From Takakia lepidozioides (lineage: Eukaryota; Plantae; Bryophyta): a stretch of 64,000 nt of DNA. A program made the position numbers and the translations under genes. A model generated the notes under the pieces. That model was not told the origin of the DNA, ran no database searches, and saw nothing but the letters and a program-made list of their open reading frames with translations. This document shows, piece by piece, positions 11,577 to 25,000 of this stretch; within the stretch, counting starts at the first letter, position 1; every line of letters begins with the position of its first letter. The stretch lies in assembly GCA_030704615.1 (NCBI GenBank), contig CM060734.1, positions 868,001 to 932,000 of the forward strand. Direction: 5' to 3'.

Positions 11577-14500
11577 TGTCGCGCACCTCACTTCGGTAAG
11601 CTCCCCTTCAAGTCATAGTTACTCGCTTTGATGCGCGCGCCTGACTCCCAACCTGGCCGCCCGGGCCAACTTGGAGCTTCGGCTGCTCACCGGGACATAA
11701 CGGTCCCCCTTCGCTTCCCTCTAAACCCTCCACCTATTTGGGACTAGGAGAATTCCCTTTGGTAGATGGCAGTCCGGAACAGCTCCCCTCTCTTTAGTCG
11801 CTTTCCGGCTCGTTCGCTTACTCACTAGTTTTTGGTCACCAACGGGCTTGCACCGTTCTCGGGGTTACTACTCCCTATATATACTTCTGTAGCTGTCCGC
11901 GGGGGTTTCATAACCAGCCATGCCATTTTATGGCGAACCACCACGAAAACCCTCGACTCCCGGTGATGAGTCGCGGTGAGTCTTGGCCCACTCATCACGG
12001 CCCCTATGGACCGTGATGAGTCCCAAGACTCCCCACGACTCCCACCACGAGGTCTCTGCCCCCATGGTGAGTCCTATGCCACCCCCACTAAGTCCCGCTA
12101 AGCTACCACCACCCCTTGTGGAGCCACCCCCACCGCAACCCGGTGTGCGGGGCTCCACCTAGTGAGCGCCCCGCCTCCTTGAGTGCCTTGGGCACTCAAG
12201 GGTGCTTCAGCCCCCCATACCTATCGCTGCCGATGCCCCCACCACAGGGGCAGCCCCTCATGTGTCCCGACCCCCTGCCCTCAAGGCAAAGGGCCGCGAC
12301 ACACACCCCTACCAACAGGGAGTCGATGTCCTCATCGACTTGTCCATTTTGTAGAAACAAACATCCAAGTTGTGGCGTCCCACATCAAGGAGTTTGTTTC
12401 CGCACCATGGCGTCCCATGGCAAAGAACCAAACCCCACACTTGACTCTACTCTCCACTAGCTAGTTCGGCCGACTTCCTCCAAGTCCCGGCCAAGGGTGG
12501 AGCCTCTCCAGCTCCTCCCAGTGCACTCTTCTTGGCCTACTTCAAGGCCAAGGAACGATCCTCCCGAGGATCGAATCGCCTTACTGCAACAACATTGCTT
12601 GCGATCCCTCATGATGCCGCTTTTGGCATCACCTTGAGCAAGGGTTCCCTGGAACCCTCTTTGACTAGGAAGATAACCTTGAACCAACCGTGCGCCCAAT
12701 CACTACAATTGGGTCCGCCTTGGAATGCTGGCCTGAGGTACGGGAACACGCCGAAGCCGCACTACGACTTCGTCCCGAGGCTACACGATTATAGTACGTG
12801 AACGGAAGCACGTAGCTTCCGCGTTAGCCCGCACTACAAGGCAACCCCCTCGGTAGCGCAGTTATAGTACGCGCACGCGCCAGGTGCGCACTAGCACGTG
12901 AACTCCCAAAGAAGTCGCAAGTTTCCTTGCCCCTTGGATGGGGGTCACCCGATTTCGGCACTACGCAAACACACGATTAACCCAATTTACCTCTCCCACT
13001 TTTATAAGCTAGCATGCATTCTACACACTAGCCAACCATACCATGCATCACCATTCCAAACAAAATAGGACGCACAACATTTGGAACCCATTTCCTTTAT
13101 AACAAATTTTTGTACAATACAAGTTTTTGCAATCGGATTCCTAAGCTAGCTAAGCCGGGCTAAGCATGCATTTCCTCCCCCACGCTCCAAGGTTGATGTC
13201 CCCATCAACGTTTCTTCCGCTTTTGAGGTCGCCCTTCGAAAGCTGCAACGCCTCGGATGCGTTTCCCATTTCTGAGGCACGCACCCAAGATGCCTCCACA
13301 TGATGATAGCCCTTCCATTTGACGAGATACTCCGTTTCTCGGTTCTTGAACCTCCTCGACTTAAGTATTGCCTCCACCTCGTACTCAGGTTCATTTTCAT
13401 GATCCAACAGCATAGGTGGCGGACGCAACACTTGATGCCGATTCGGACGCGCTTCATCTTTGAAGTAAGGCTTCAAAAGGGAGACATGGAATACTGGGTG
13501 CACCTTGCTGTTTGCCGGCAGCTCCAATTCATACACATCCTCATTCATAACCTTCCGAATGCGAAAGGGTCCCGCATACGGAGGTACGAACTTCGGACTC
13601 ACTTCCGGAGGTAGTCGGAAATTCTTGATGTTCAACCAGACCTCTGTGCCTGCCTCAAACTTCACTTCCCTCCGCTTCCGATTCGCCTGCCTTTCATACC
13701 GTTTCCTAGCTTTGGCAATGTTGTACTTTGCGAGCTTCAACAAACGCTCGCGTTCTTCCATACCGCCGCTACTGCCGGTTCCTCAACGTCCTGGGCGGCC
13801 CAACTTGTCGGCACCAGAGGTGCTTTTCCATAGACCAATACGAAAGGGGAAACTCCCGTTGCGGAGTGTTCTGTGTTATTATAACAGAACTCTGCCGCGT
13901 CTAAGTGTTCCACCCAGTCTGTTTGGTCTGCCGACACGTAATTCCGCAAGATCTGCTTCACTACGGAATTCACCCTTTCTGTTTGGCCGTCGGTCGTAGG
14001 TCGGAAGGCGGTGCTCATCTTCAGCCTCGTCCCCATCTTCTTCCAAAGTGTCCTCCAAAATTTACTCGTAAACTTTGGATCGCGATCCGAGACAATATCC
14101 TTCGGGACTCCATGATGCTTTAAGACGTGGGCGAAGTAAAGTCGCCCTGTCTCCTGCGCCGTTGCCGTCTCCTTGGTGGGGATGAAATGGCCCATTTTAC
14201 TGAACCTATCCACCACCACCATGATTGCATCGAATCCTTTTGACAGCGGCATAGCAGTCATGAAATCCATCGAGACGCTTTCCCAAGTCCCCTCTGGAAT
14301 CGGCAAGGGTTGTAACAGCCCCGCTTGCTTTTTGTACTCGCTCCGGTTTTGTTGGCATGTGGTGCATGTCTTGACATACTCCTCTGCCTCCTCCCTCAGT
14401 TTGGGCCAGAAATACTCTTTCTTCAAGAGTGCCGCAGTGCGCTTGGCTCCGCCGTGGCCCGCAAGCGGGCTATCATGGCATTCTCTCAAGAGGCTATCTC

Positions 14501-17500
14501 TGATCCCTCCCTTTGGCACGTAGAGACGTTTTTGCTTATACCGGAGCAGTCCATTTTGCAAGTGGAACTGCGATTTAACCCCCATCCTCAAGTCCTGCAT
14601 CACGGACTTCGCCAGCTCATCCTTCCGGCAAGCCTTTCGGATCTTCCTTTGGAGCGCCGTCTCGCCCTTGTACACCAACAAGAGCTGCTGCTTTCTACTT
14701 AAAGCATCGGCCACCACGTTGTCTCGTCCCGGTTTGTACTGGATATCCACGTCGAACACCGCCAAAGTATCTTGCCACCTAAGTTGTTTTGGGGACAACT
14801 TGGGCTGCGTGGCAAAATACTTCACCGTGACATTGTCCGTGAACACCTTCACTGGGTTGGAACCAACATAGTGGCGCCAAAGCTCAAGGCAATGCACCAC
14901 CGCCTTCATCTCTTTTTCGTGCGTCGGCCACCGTCGCTCCACTTCATTCAGTTTCTTACTTTCGTAAGCCACTGGACGTCCATCTTGCATAAGTACACCC
15001 CCAATCGCGAAGTCCGACGCATCTGTATGAATCTCAAATGGACGATCGAACTCCGGGATTTTCAAGACTGGAGCTTCCGCCATCCGCTGCTTCAATTCAG
15101 CAAAAGCTTGGCCACAAAATGTGTTCCATACCCAGACTTTGGATTTACACAGAAGGTCCGACAGCGGCCCCGCGATCTTGGCGAAATTTCTCACATACTT
15201 CCGGTAATAGGAGGCGAGTCCTAGGAAGGATCGCACTCCCGGGACCGAAGTCGGAGGCTCCCAGTCCAAGATCGCCCTCACCTTTCTGTCATCCATTTTG
15301 ATCCCATCCTGTGTAATCACATGCCCCAAGAACTCCACTTTCGTGACCCCGAATTCGCACTTTGAAGCTTTGGCGTACAGCTTCCCTTCCCGCAACTTTT
15401 GGAACACCCTTTTGAGGTGCTCCAGGTGCTCCTCCTTTGTTTTCGAGTACACCAAGATGTCGTCGATGTACACGATCACAAAGTCATCCAACCACTCCTG
15501 AAAAAGGCTGTTCATCAGCGTGCTAAAGGTCGCTGGTGCATTGGTGAGCCCAAAAGGCATCACCAAGAACTCATATGAACCATACCTTGTCCTGCACGCG
15601 GTCTTCTCCTCATCTCCTTCCGCCACCCGAATTTGATGATAGCCGGAGCGCAAGTCGATCCGGCTGAAATACTTCGCTCCTGCCAACCGATCGAAGAGGT
15701 CGTCGATCCTTGGCAAAGGGTACCGGTTTTTGATAGTCACCTTATTCAGAGCCCTGTAATCGACACACATCCGCAGCGTCCCATCCTTCTTGTCTGCGAA
15801 TAGCACCGGGGCTCCGTAAGGTGACTTACTCGGCCGGATGTACCCCTTTGACATTAGATCCTTGAGCTGAGTCTTCAGCTCGACCAACTCTCTGTGGCTC
15901 AACCGGTAGGGCGCCTTGGCAGGCGGTTCCGATCCCGGTATCACCTCAATCTTGTGGTCAACTCCTCTTCGCGGTGGCAAGCCGCTTGGTAAATCCTCCG
16001 GCATCACATCCTGGTATTTCTCCAAAATCCCCTTGATCCAATCTGGGCTCGGCTCCCCATCGCCTTCTCCCTTCACTTCTCTAATGTAAAGCAAAAACTG
16101 GGGCTCGTGTGCCTCCTCCACGGCCCACTCCCTTGCTGACAGAAGGTTTATTCGCCCTCCCACGGATTTGGGCGTTTCGACACTCGTAAGACCTCGCCAC
16201 CATTCCCACATGGCAGCGTGACTACTCTCTTGCGGCCATCTATGACCGCTCCGGATTTGCTCAAAAAGGTCATCCCCAAAATGAGATCCACTCCATCGAT
16301 CTCGCAGATGGTGAAGTTCTCACGTCCCTCCCAACTCCCCAGTTGAAGAGGAACATCAAACGCCAACCTTGTCGCCAACTGTGGTTCTCCTTTGGCAGAA
16401 CGCACCTCAATAGAGGCCCCCACGTCACTTGTCGGGAGTCCCAGCTTTTGTGCCGCCGCCGGTGTCATGAAGGAGTGCGACGCTCCTGTGTCCACCAACA
16501 ACGACACATTAGTTCCGGATATTATCCCATCCACGAACAATAACTGACTCCCTTTACGCAGGGCGCCAGTTTCCTGATACAACTCACAAGAATAGTTGCC
16601 TACCTTGCAAGTCCTGGCGACCACCGCTTCCACCAAGCGACTGATGGTATCTTTCGACAGCTCCGTGGTCGCCCGAGTCATGTTCAATTGCCGGGGCTTT
16701 GTGCACTTCTTGGCCATGTGCCCGGGCTCCCCGCAATTGAAACACACTCCATCAAAGGTCGCCTTCTGTCCGCCATAAGCCGCTCCACCCGCTTTTCCTT
16801 TCGAAGCACCGGGTGCCGCCTTGACGTGTGAAGGCCCTCCCTTCGATTTCCACGTGCCATTGCCGCGTGGCCTATCCCACTTCTTTTCCGGTCGGGAGGA
16901 GTCACCTTCCCGCCGGGTCTTCTTGTGGTTCAGCTCCGTACGGCCTTGTCTCTCACCCCTAGGGACATCCGAGAAACATTCAGCCCTCTCAATTGCCTCG
17001 TTCAAAGTCTTGGGTGGCTTCTCCTCCAACTTCCGCCTGGCCCATGGGGCCAGTCCCGCCACAAAGTTGAAGACCATTTCTGGTTCTGCCATGTCCGCGA
17101 CTTCGAGCAACAACACATTGAAAGCCTGGACATACCCCGAATGTCATCTGTTTGCTTCAAATTCCTCATCTTGTCCCGGGCAAGCCAAGACGCGTTGAGG
17201 GGCACAAACTGTCTCTTCATCAATTCCTTGAACCCACTCCAGTTCAAGGTTTCCGGGCTTGGGCCTCGGTCGTGAAGGCGTTTCTGCCACCATTGTTGAG
17301 CATAGCCCCTCAAATAGGTGGGAGCCACTTCCACCCGATCCTCGTCACTCAACTTGGCCGCCCGGAAGTACTGCTCTAGCTCCAGGAGCCAGGTGTTGAG
17401 TGCCTTCCGATTTCGAACGCCCTCGAAGGTGCCGGGTTCCTTAGGCTTCACCTTAAACTTTGCCTTAGTGGAAGTGGCATTAGCCGCCTTCAACACGTCT

Positions 17501-18542
17501 TTCAACGTCCCGCCAAACTGCGCCAACAACCCTTCCCAAAAGGCTGCCGGCATGGGAGGCATCTCTTGGTTTGTCGGAGCTCTCAAGGATTCCTCGGGCT
17601 CCGACTCCTCGGATTCCTCCCGCTCTTGAGCGGCCTCGTTTTCGGAAACATTCATCGCTTCCTCAAACGGCCGCCTCGGTGACACGTCGCCCCCATCGGG
17701 CTCACCAGGATCATCATCTTTTGGGCCGTTCCGCTTTCGCTTTGGCTTTCCCGACCCCATGATGAGGCCAATCCCAAGGACGATCGCGTACTGAACTCTA
17801 AGCTCTGATACCAAGTGTCGCGCACCTCACTTCGGTAAGCTCCCCTTCAAGTCATAGTTACTCGCTTTGATGCGCGCGCCTGACTCCCAACCTGGCCGCC
17901 CGGGCCAACTTGGAGCTTCGGCTGCTCACCGGGACATAACGGTCCCCCTTCGCTTCCCTCTAAACCCTCCACCTATTTGGGACTAGGAGAATTCCCTTTG
18001 GTAGATGGCAGTCCGGAACAGCTCCCCTCTCTTTGGTCGCTTTCCGGCTCGTTCGCTTACTCACTAGTTTTTGGTCACCAACGGGCTTGCACCGTTCTCG
18101 GGGTTACTACTCCCTATATATACTTCTGTAGCTGTCCGCGGGGGTTTCATAACCAGCCATGCCATTTTATGGCGAACCACCACGAAAACCCTCGACTCCC
18201 GGTGATGAGTCGCGGTGAGTCTTGGCCCACTCATCACGGCCCCTATGGACCGTGATGAGTCCCAAGACTCCCCACGACTCCCACCACGAGGTCTCTGCCC
18301 CCATGGTGAGTCCTATGCCACCCCCACTAAGTCCCGCTAAGCTACCACCACCCCTTGTGGAGCCACCCCCTACCGCAACCCGGTGTGCGGGGCTCCACCT
18401 AGTGAGCGCCTCCGCCTCCTTGAGTGCCTTGGGCACTCAAGGGTGCTTCAGCCCCCCATACCTATCGCTGCCGATGCCCCCACTACAGGGGCAGCCCCTC
18501 ATGTGTCCCGACCCCCTGCCCTCAAGGCAAAGGGCCGTGACA
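11577..18542 (-). mobile_element. Full-length Ty3/gypsy chromovirus (Galadriel-like), copy 3
   Basis: LTRs at 17816-18542 and 11577-12301 differ at only a handful of positions. 5-bp TSD GTGTT at 11572-11576 and 18543-18547. tRNA-iMet PBS and gag-pol with chromodomain. Confidence 0.97.
13150..17760 (-). CDS. gag-pol polyprotein with C-terminal chromodomain (a few single-base frameshifts)
   Basis: ORFs 17002-17814, 16148-17116, 13737-16211 and 13150-13761; [27 protein letters not shown]; chromodomain [11 protein letters not shown]...YLVKWKGY...SW. Confidence 0.93.
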
Positions 18543-20263
18543 GTGTTGGTTTTTGAATTCGTAGGATCTGGAGATTCTTTTGTCTCTCTCAAACTCCCTG
18601 AAGAAGCAGTTGTTCCGGACAGCGAGCTTCCATCTCCTGATATAGGCCTCAAGTGTGATCCGGGGGCAAGCCATCTGGATTTTGTAGTCTGCCATTGACT
18701 CCCCAAATGCAGCCACCGCTCGTTTTTCCAACTGCAGCAAGGAAGATCATAAGAATTTGGGAGAGAGTACGAATGTGCACAATCGTTTGAAAAGGGTTTT
18801 GTGAATGTCTTACCTGGCTCTAGAAGGTTGCTTTGTGTAGCCACTGGTCGAATGTGTGGTCGCTAACAACTTTTATTGCTTGTGTCTTCGAGTCCCTCTC
18901 AGGAGTTGGGAAAATGTTGGTGTCTCTCACAAGTGGATCCGAATTCCAGATCTCCAACCACCTGATTTTGGTTGCATTGTCCACCATTGATATGGAAAGG
19001 CGATGCAGTTTCTCTTGGGTCATTTCTGGTTTGGAGCCATACTTGTCATAATGTGCTTTCACCTGCTCCAGAAATTCCGTGCCAAGACTTGGATCTGCTA
19101 TGCGGATTTGTTTGTCGAACGCACTCATGAGGTTCTTCCTTTGATTGTTCATCTCGAATCTCATAATGTCCTCAAGCCCAGTTGCAGACCTCTGCTCTTC
19201 TGTGTGGGAAACATAGTACTCTGCTTTCGCCTTTAAGCCAGTCTCTGCTATTTCTTGCTGCATACATTACAGGGAGAAAGGATCAAACACTGGTGTTTCT
19301 TGATAAAATTTACACTAGCAACAAACAAACAGATGTGAAGAAGCTTACCGTGTACATGTAGTCAAGAAAAAGCCTCCCTTGTCAGGCTGTACCATGTGCT
19401 TGTCTTTTTTTCAGCGCACCTCTTCATCTGCTGAGGACTGAGCACGTTCGTGAATGACTCCAGTGGCATCAACCCTATCTTCTGGATACGGAATAGAGTG
19501 TGGCAGAGATTGGTCGTCACATGGGAGGTTTCATTGGACCTGAAAAAACCTTCAACTCATAAGATGATTTCGAATTGTGAAAACGCAGATCGGGTGGGAA
19601 CAAGGTTGGTAACTTACTTGTTTATGTCGTGCATGGCTGTCAAGAGCTGCGTGACATGTCCTTTGTGGTCGAGTACCATGGAAACCACGCTCCAATGCCA
19701 TTCGATCTCGTCCGAGTGCAAGCTTGAAATGTAATCCATCCAGGCAAGCAGTCTATGGTTCCCATCCCAGACAAAAAACATCTTTCCCAAAAATGCTTTT
19801 GTCGAGGCCTTTTTGGACAGCTTAAACTCGAATTCCCTGTTTACATCCCGCTAGCATGCATCCCAACTTTGCTCTATGTCCTCTGTTACAAGACACTCCT
19901 CTCCTTTCGTGTTCACAGTGGATACATAAAACACTGCAAATCCCTTAACATAGTCGTGAATAAAATCATTCTTCAACTTCGTGATGTCGTTTCTCAATGC
20001 GGGTCGAACCGCGGGCATGGAGATCATCCTGCATAGTGGGATAAGCAGGTTTCCGCCGGGAACCTCCATCGACAGAATCACCTTCGAGAAGTTCACTTTC
20101 TGCCCACCTATAACCTCCTCGGCCTTGTCTTCATAGTGTTCCTCAAATGAATCTTCATCACCATCACCTTCTGCCACTGCCACATCTCCCCTCACGAATT
20201 TCCTTTTTCTTCTCCTCTACAGAGAATGAATATCCTTGTGAGTGACAGATTGAGCTCCCATGG

Positions 20264-20870
20264 ATCAACCTTGCGTTGACGCAAGGTTGATTGATAGGGT
20301 TGTAGCTTAGTCTGAAATGCATACCGGAACAGTCCAGTGAACCCACTAAATGCCTTGCGTTGACACAAGGTTCTTTTGGGGGCTTCACATAATCAACTTT
20401 CCCTACCTTGCGGTTCATGACACGGGACTTCGGATGCTGGGAATGGACAGAAGAGGCATCCAAATCAGCCTCGCGTCAACGCAAGGTTGATTTGAGTGCT
20501 GCATCTGCTTCGTTTCACCTTCATAAACATACACTTTAGAGGTCGAGATCAACCTTGCATTGACGCAATGTCGAGTTCTCAGTTTGGCGTTCAACAAACA
20601 AAAAAAAGCAAATGGCAAAACAAACTACAACCTCTGCTTTCTTCTTGGCACTTGATGATGCGTCGGGAGCATTCATCTTTTCCATGGGGTCTGGAGGCAG
20701 CATGCTGCCAAGCAGATCCGGCAGGTGGGAATGAACATAAGAGGCACTCAAATCAACCTCGCGTCAACGCAAGGTTGATTCGAGTGCTGCATCTGTATCG
20801 TTTAGTGCCCAAACATACACTTTGGAGGTCAACATCAACCTTGCGTTGATGCAAGGTTGATGTCGACCTC
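20264..20870. repeat. Cluster of 6 family-1 palindromes in the 5' introns of gene A
   Basis: Copies near 20264, 20352, 20462, 20548, 20751 and 20834. Confidence 0.9.
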
Positions 20871-21015
20871 TCTGCTTAGCATGGAACAGACAAAAAAAGG
20901 AAAAGGCAAATGAGGGTTGATAACCACCTCTGGTTTCTTCTTTGCACTTGATGATGCTCCGGAGGCATTCAGCTGCGTGAGGTCTGGAGGCAGCATGCTG
21001 CCAAGCAGGTCCCGG
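20461..21015 (-). repeat. ~290-bp tandem duplication of an exon plus palindrome-bearing intron
   Basis: DLLGSMLPPD...ASSSAKKK.E is encoded twice, and each unit carries two palindromes. Confidence 0.85.
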
Positions 21016-22070
21016 TGGTGGGAAACAGCGGCAGACGGCAGCGTTCCCGCGTCCTTCTCTCCTCCCTGCTCTCTCATGATCTGGTTCTCCACTCGCAGCG
21101 CTTCCTCCCGAGCCCAGCTGACTTCCTCCTCCTCCCCTCCCTCTATTGGAGGTTGCTCTTTGGTCGCCTCCGGAATCGCTTCAAGGCTTTCCTCTCCAAA
21201 CTGTGGATGCAGACTCGGGTTTTGCCCTTCGTCCTCATCTCCGACGGAGGTTTCTTCTCCCATTCTAAGTTCCCATCTCGCCTTCCTCATCCTCTCCTTA
21301 GCGTGTGCCCTTTGCTTGTTTGATGTGAAATAAAGTGTTCTTCGACGCTTTCTTCTCCCTCGGGATGGGGTCACCACCTTTGCAAAATCCAGGGTTGCAA
21401 TGAGAAGAAGGACAAGAAGGAAAAAAAAAAGGCACTACGGGCATGTTCACCGCAAGGCCATCCACGCCAAGATGATCGCTCGAAACGACCTAAGCGCCAC
21501 ATGCTCATTCCACATGCATGGCGGACACGTGTCCAACTATCCGTTATGAATATCACCGGAAATCATTTGTTTCTCATTCACCGAAATTCGTTCGGGTCGG
21601 CCTCTCATCCGCAAAAGTTCATTATTGGGTATCCGCTTTTGGGATGATTCAGAGGAATGTGCAGTTGGTACAGTTGTACAGCGATGCAATTGCCGTTAAC
21701 ATTGAATGGAAATGGGCACCTCATCTGGCCTCTCTGACATGACAGCAAAATGGCGGCTCTGTCAGTCAAAATTGCGGAATTCGTTGTCCAAGGCACTGGT
21801 GGTACACCTGTGAAAAAACAGTTGGATTCTTTAATTGGGGTTGACATTATCCACTCCGCATTTGGGCACTCTGTGACCATTCACTTGGTTCGCATGTCCA
21901 CACATTTCTTTGATGTGCCGAACCGCGTTAGGAGACCTGCATGCGAGAGCGACAACTGCAATTGTGTGTAAGGACGTCTTGTATACAGCCCAAAAACTCC
22001 ACTCTAGTACAACCTGCAATCAGAAGCAACATTGGACTATGAACTGTGCGCTTTGAAGCAACATTGATAG

Positions 22071-25000
22071 ATGGCCTCCCAGGCCATGGGCTCCCTTGAC
22101 GCGGACTTCTTCAGTGAGGACCACCCTGTGCCATTTTCTTACGAGGTGGAAGATGACGATTTTGCGGAAGTGCATGAACACGTGCTTTTGATTACTCCAC
22201 CTTGGAAAATGGAACTCTATTCCTTGAGAGGGAAGTGTACGATGCCAATGGAAAATTGCTCAAGTACGCGTTCCAGAAACTTTCGCATACTGCACCAACC
22301 ACACAATGGAGAGTGCCTCCAGGCAGATACAGGGCGCTCAGTGCTCCTCGGAGACAGTCTGCAGGATCGTTCCTTATGGCAGCATCAGTGGCCCAGGAGA
22401 AAACACCCGTGGTTGTCAAGAAGGAGTCAAGTACCGTTAACACTGTAGTTGAGCTTTCGGACTCATCCTCCAATGACGCATGTGAAATACCGCCTGTGGA
22501 TCAGCCATGTCCAGATCAGGAAGCAGATGTGGAGGAGATCACCAGTGTCATTCCCAAACTGAAAGCCATGGGTGGGATGGCAGGATTCAAGAGTGAGTTG
22601 AGGGGGATTGACTGGAGCACTTTCAATGATCAGAGGGTGGCATTCTTGCCAGAATCTTTTGATGGTAATACTGTTTTTGAGCTGCCTCCTCCGGGTCGCG
22701 TGGGGGGCATTTCCAGTCTCATGGAAGAAATGGACAAAAAGCATGATGGGCACCCTTGGTGCCGCACAAAAACCTCCAATATTCACAACCATGACAACCT
22801 CATATTCAGGAGAACAGTCTGTAATGGGCACCTGAAATGCGAGAACATGAAATGCAGACACTTCGCACTGTCAGGTGTGCAAAACCAAAGCGAATGGGAT
22901 AGTGTCACTGAGAATCCATTCAAGCCTGGGGTGACACCACTATATAGTAACACTTTTGTGTGCAAGTTTTGTAGGCTACCACCTTGCTGCCTTGCATTGT
23001 GTGGCGCCAGAATGTACTATGTGGTGCATCGATTCAAAACCTTGACTAGAGCCTGTGTCCATTTCGGTTTTCACAACCACCCTATGTCCAAGGGGGATTA
23101 CAGGGAGAGCGTTGAGACAGTCTTGCATCTGATAAGGCAAGAGTTGGATACCAATCCAACTGGAACCACTTCTGCAATTGCCATGGGGGCAAGCAAGTCC
23201 TTTCTGGAAAGCCGTATTCTGTGTGCATCGGATTCGGTTGGAGGAAACTAGAGGGACCAGCTTTGGACATTGTTATGGACCATTTCTCGACATTGACTTC
23301 TCCAAACATTAGGAATCAGGTGAACGCTTTAAGAATGGGCTATGGGAGCCGAGGTTATATGGACAATATTATGGATTTGAAGAAAAGGAGCATGTACGAC
23401 TACATCCAAGACAACGTTTTTCCGGGACAAGGAGCCAGGAAAGTATTCCTGTTCAAAATGTCCACAAAAGGTGAGGGCAGCGGAGTCAGCCTGGTTAAAC
23501 GTATGCAGAAGGGTGGCGATCTTGGCAACTGCTTCCTTATGTTCGATCACGTTGACCAAGAGGGTTAAAGACTGGACCACAATGACATGTCATGTTTACA
23601 ACCCTGTGTACCAGCGTGTCATGACAATTGCAGTGTGTGACATGCAGTCAGAGGACACAGATTCACAGCAGCTCATGTGGGAAGCTCTCATTCGTGTTAT
23701 GGCCTCCAATGGTCTCCCATCTCCCAATTTTGTTGGTTTCATGGCCGACAGTGCTCAAGCGAACTTCAACGCTGTCCGCATTGTGTTCGGGACGGGAGAT
23801 CCAAAAGTGCCAATGCCTGGAAAAGAATGTACGTGTCTTTTCCATTGGACACAATCCATGGACAAACACACAAAGACAGATATCAAGCCGGATATGCAGA
23901 GTATGCATCATCAACTATGCAAACAGTACAAAGACGCCAAAACTATGGGGGAAGCGAATACATTGTTCCAGACAATTCATGCCTGGTGGTACTCATCTGG
24001 AGCGACATCGGAGGACAGCATGAGGGCACTGGAAGACTGGTTCGCATTTTGGCACTTCCGTTACTGACAGTGGGGAGCAGCCATGACAACGGTGAGCTGT
24101 TTGCATTCACCTTCCTTTGGGTGCTTCGGATATGTCTTTCAGGGTCCCCATCCTAATATCGGCTTTGTGTTTTTTCGCTTTGCAGCATATGTCCATTGAG
24201 GAGATGACGGACACGCCTTCTTGCAATCTAGCGAAGACAGTGCACAATGCCTGGTTGCAGCAATCCGACAGAAAAGGAAGAGATTTGTATGCGGCCACGG
24301 CCGATGACCTTATCCGTGCTCTGCAGCAGCAAACCAGATACAGGTCATTCTTGAGGGGTGGCCTTGGTGGCAAAGGCCCGAACAGGAGCGAGTTGATGTT
24401 GCGGGCAGCCAGAAGATTGGGGGATCCCAACAAAATAGCACGGGCAGTGAGCATATGTGCAGATGACACCCCTCTCGTGGGTAGAGTTCCCCATCTGGAA
24501 GGCGAAGAGAGATTCGGGTCTTGCAAACGGAAATTGGACACCCCTCCCGGATCGGATGCAGATTCCCATAGGGCGGACAGGGTCAACTTCTCCACGCCAT
24601 GTGTTCCCTTGGATTAGAGATGGAATTGTGGAACATCCACAGGTGAGGGCCATTCAGCCCCAGACCGGACCCCTGCATCAAGCACTGTCACTGCAATGGT
24701 TGAAGACCAGAACGTGGTGCCGCATGTAATGGAGTCCATGTGCTTGGACGAGGTTTGGCATATAGAACGCACAAGTGCTGGATCGAATGTGAAATGCGCG
24801 GCGATCAGGGCCACCAATCATGAAAAATGTACATCATTAATATCTAGAGGCAAAGAACGCACTGCAGCTCCTACATTCACTGGTTTGTTTCTCCCTTACG
24901 GACAAGGAGAGGCAAAGAACCACAAGTTCTGGTTCTACGCTGACGATTGCGGGAGATGTGTGCGTGGGACAGTGAGGCCCTCCGTGGTGAGGAAGCCTAC

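Larger units (their letters stand above)
9101..21377 (-). pseudogene. Gene A: spliced ParB/Srx-like + amino-DNA-methyltransferase-like protein
   Basis: Exons in order: basic/acidic N-terminus (20835-21377); IPLCRMISMPAVRP...MFFVWDGNHRLLAW (19620-20195); helical exons (18543-19540); DWSRAHFRDCGW (9890-10490); DLVVLDIPDG...FLSDSGGLLL...GFRVIKTW (9415-9760); WRGAREKSP (9101-9320). Collinear with gene B; contains stops. Confidence 0.8.

Noticed and set aside
12302-13149. Extra or env-like ORF in the gypsy 3' region
   Set aside because: Only short ORFs with no recognisable features.
13150-17760. Programmed frameshifts in gypsy copy 3
   Set aside because: The shifts are single-base losses at positions not shared with copy 1; mutation or assembly error is more likely.
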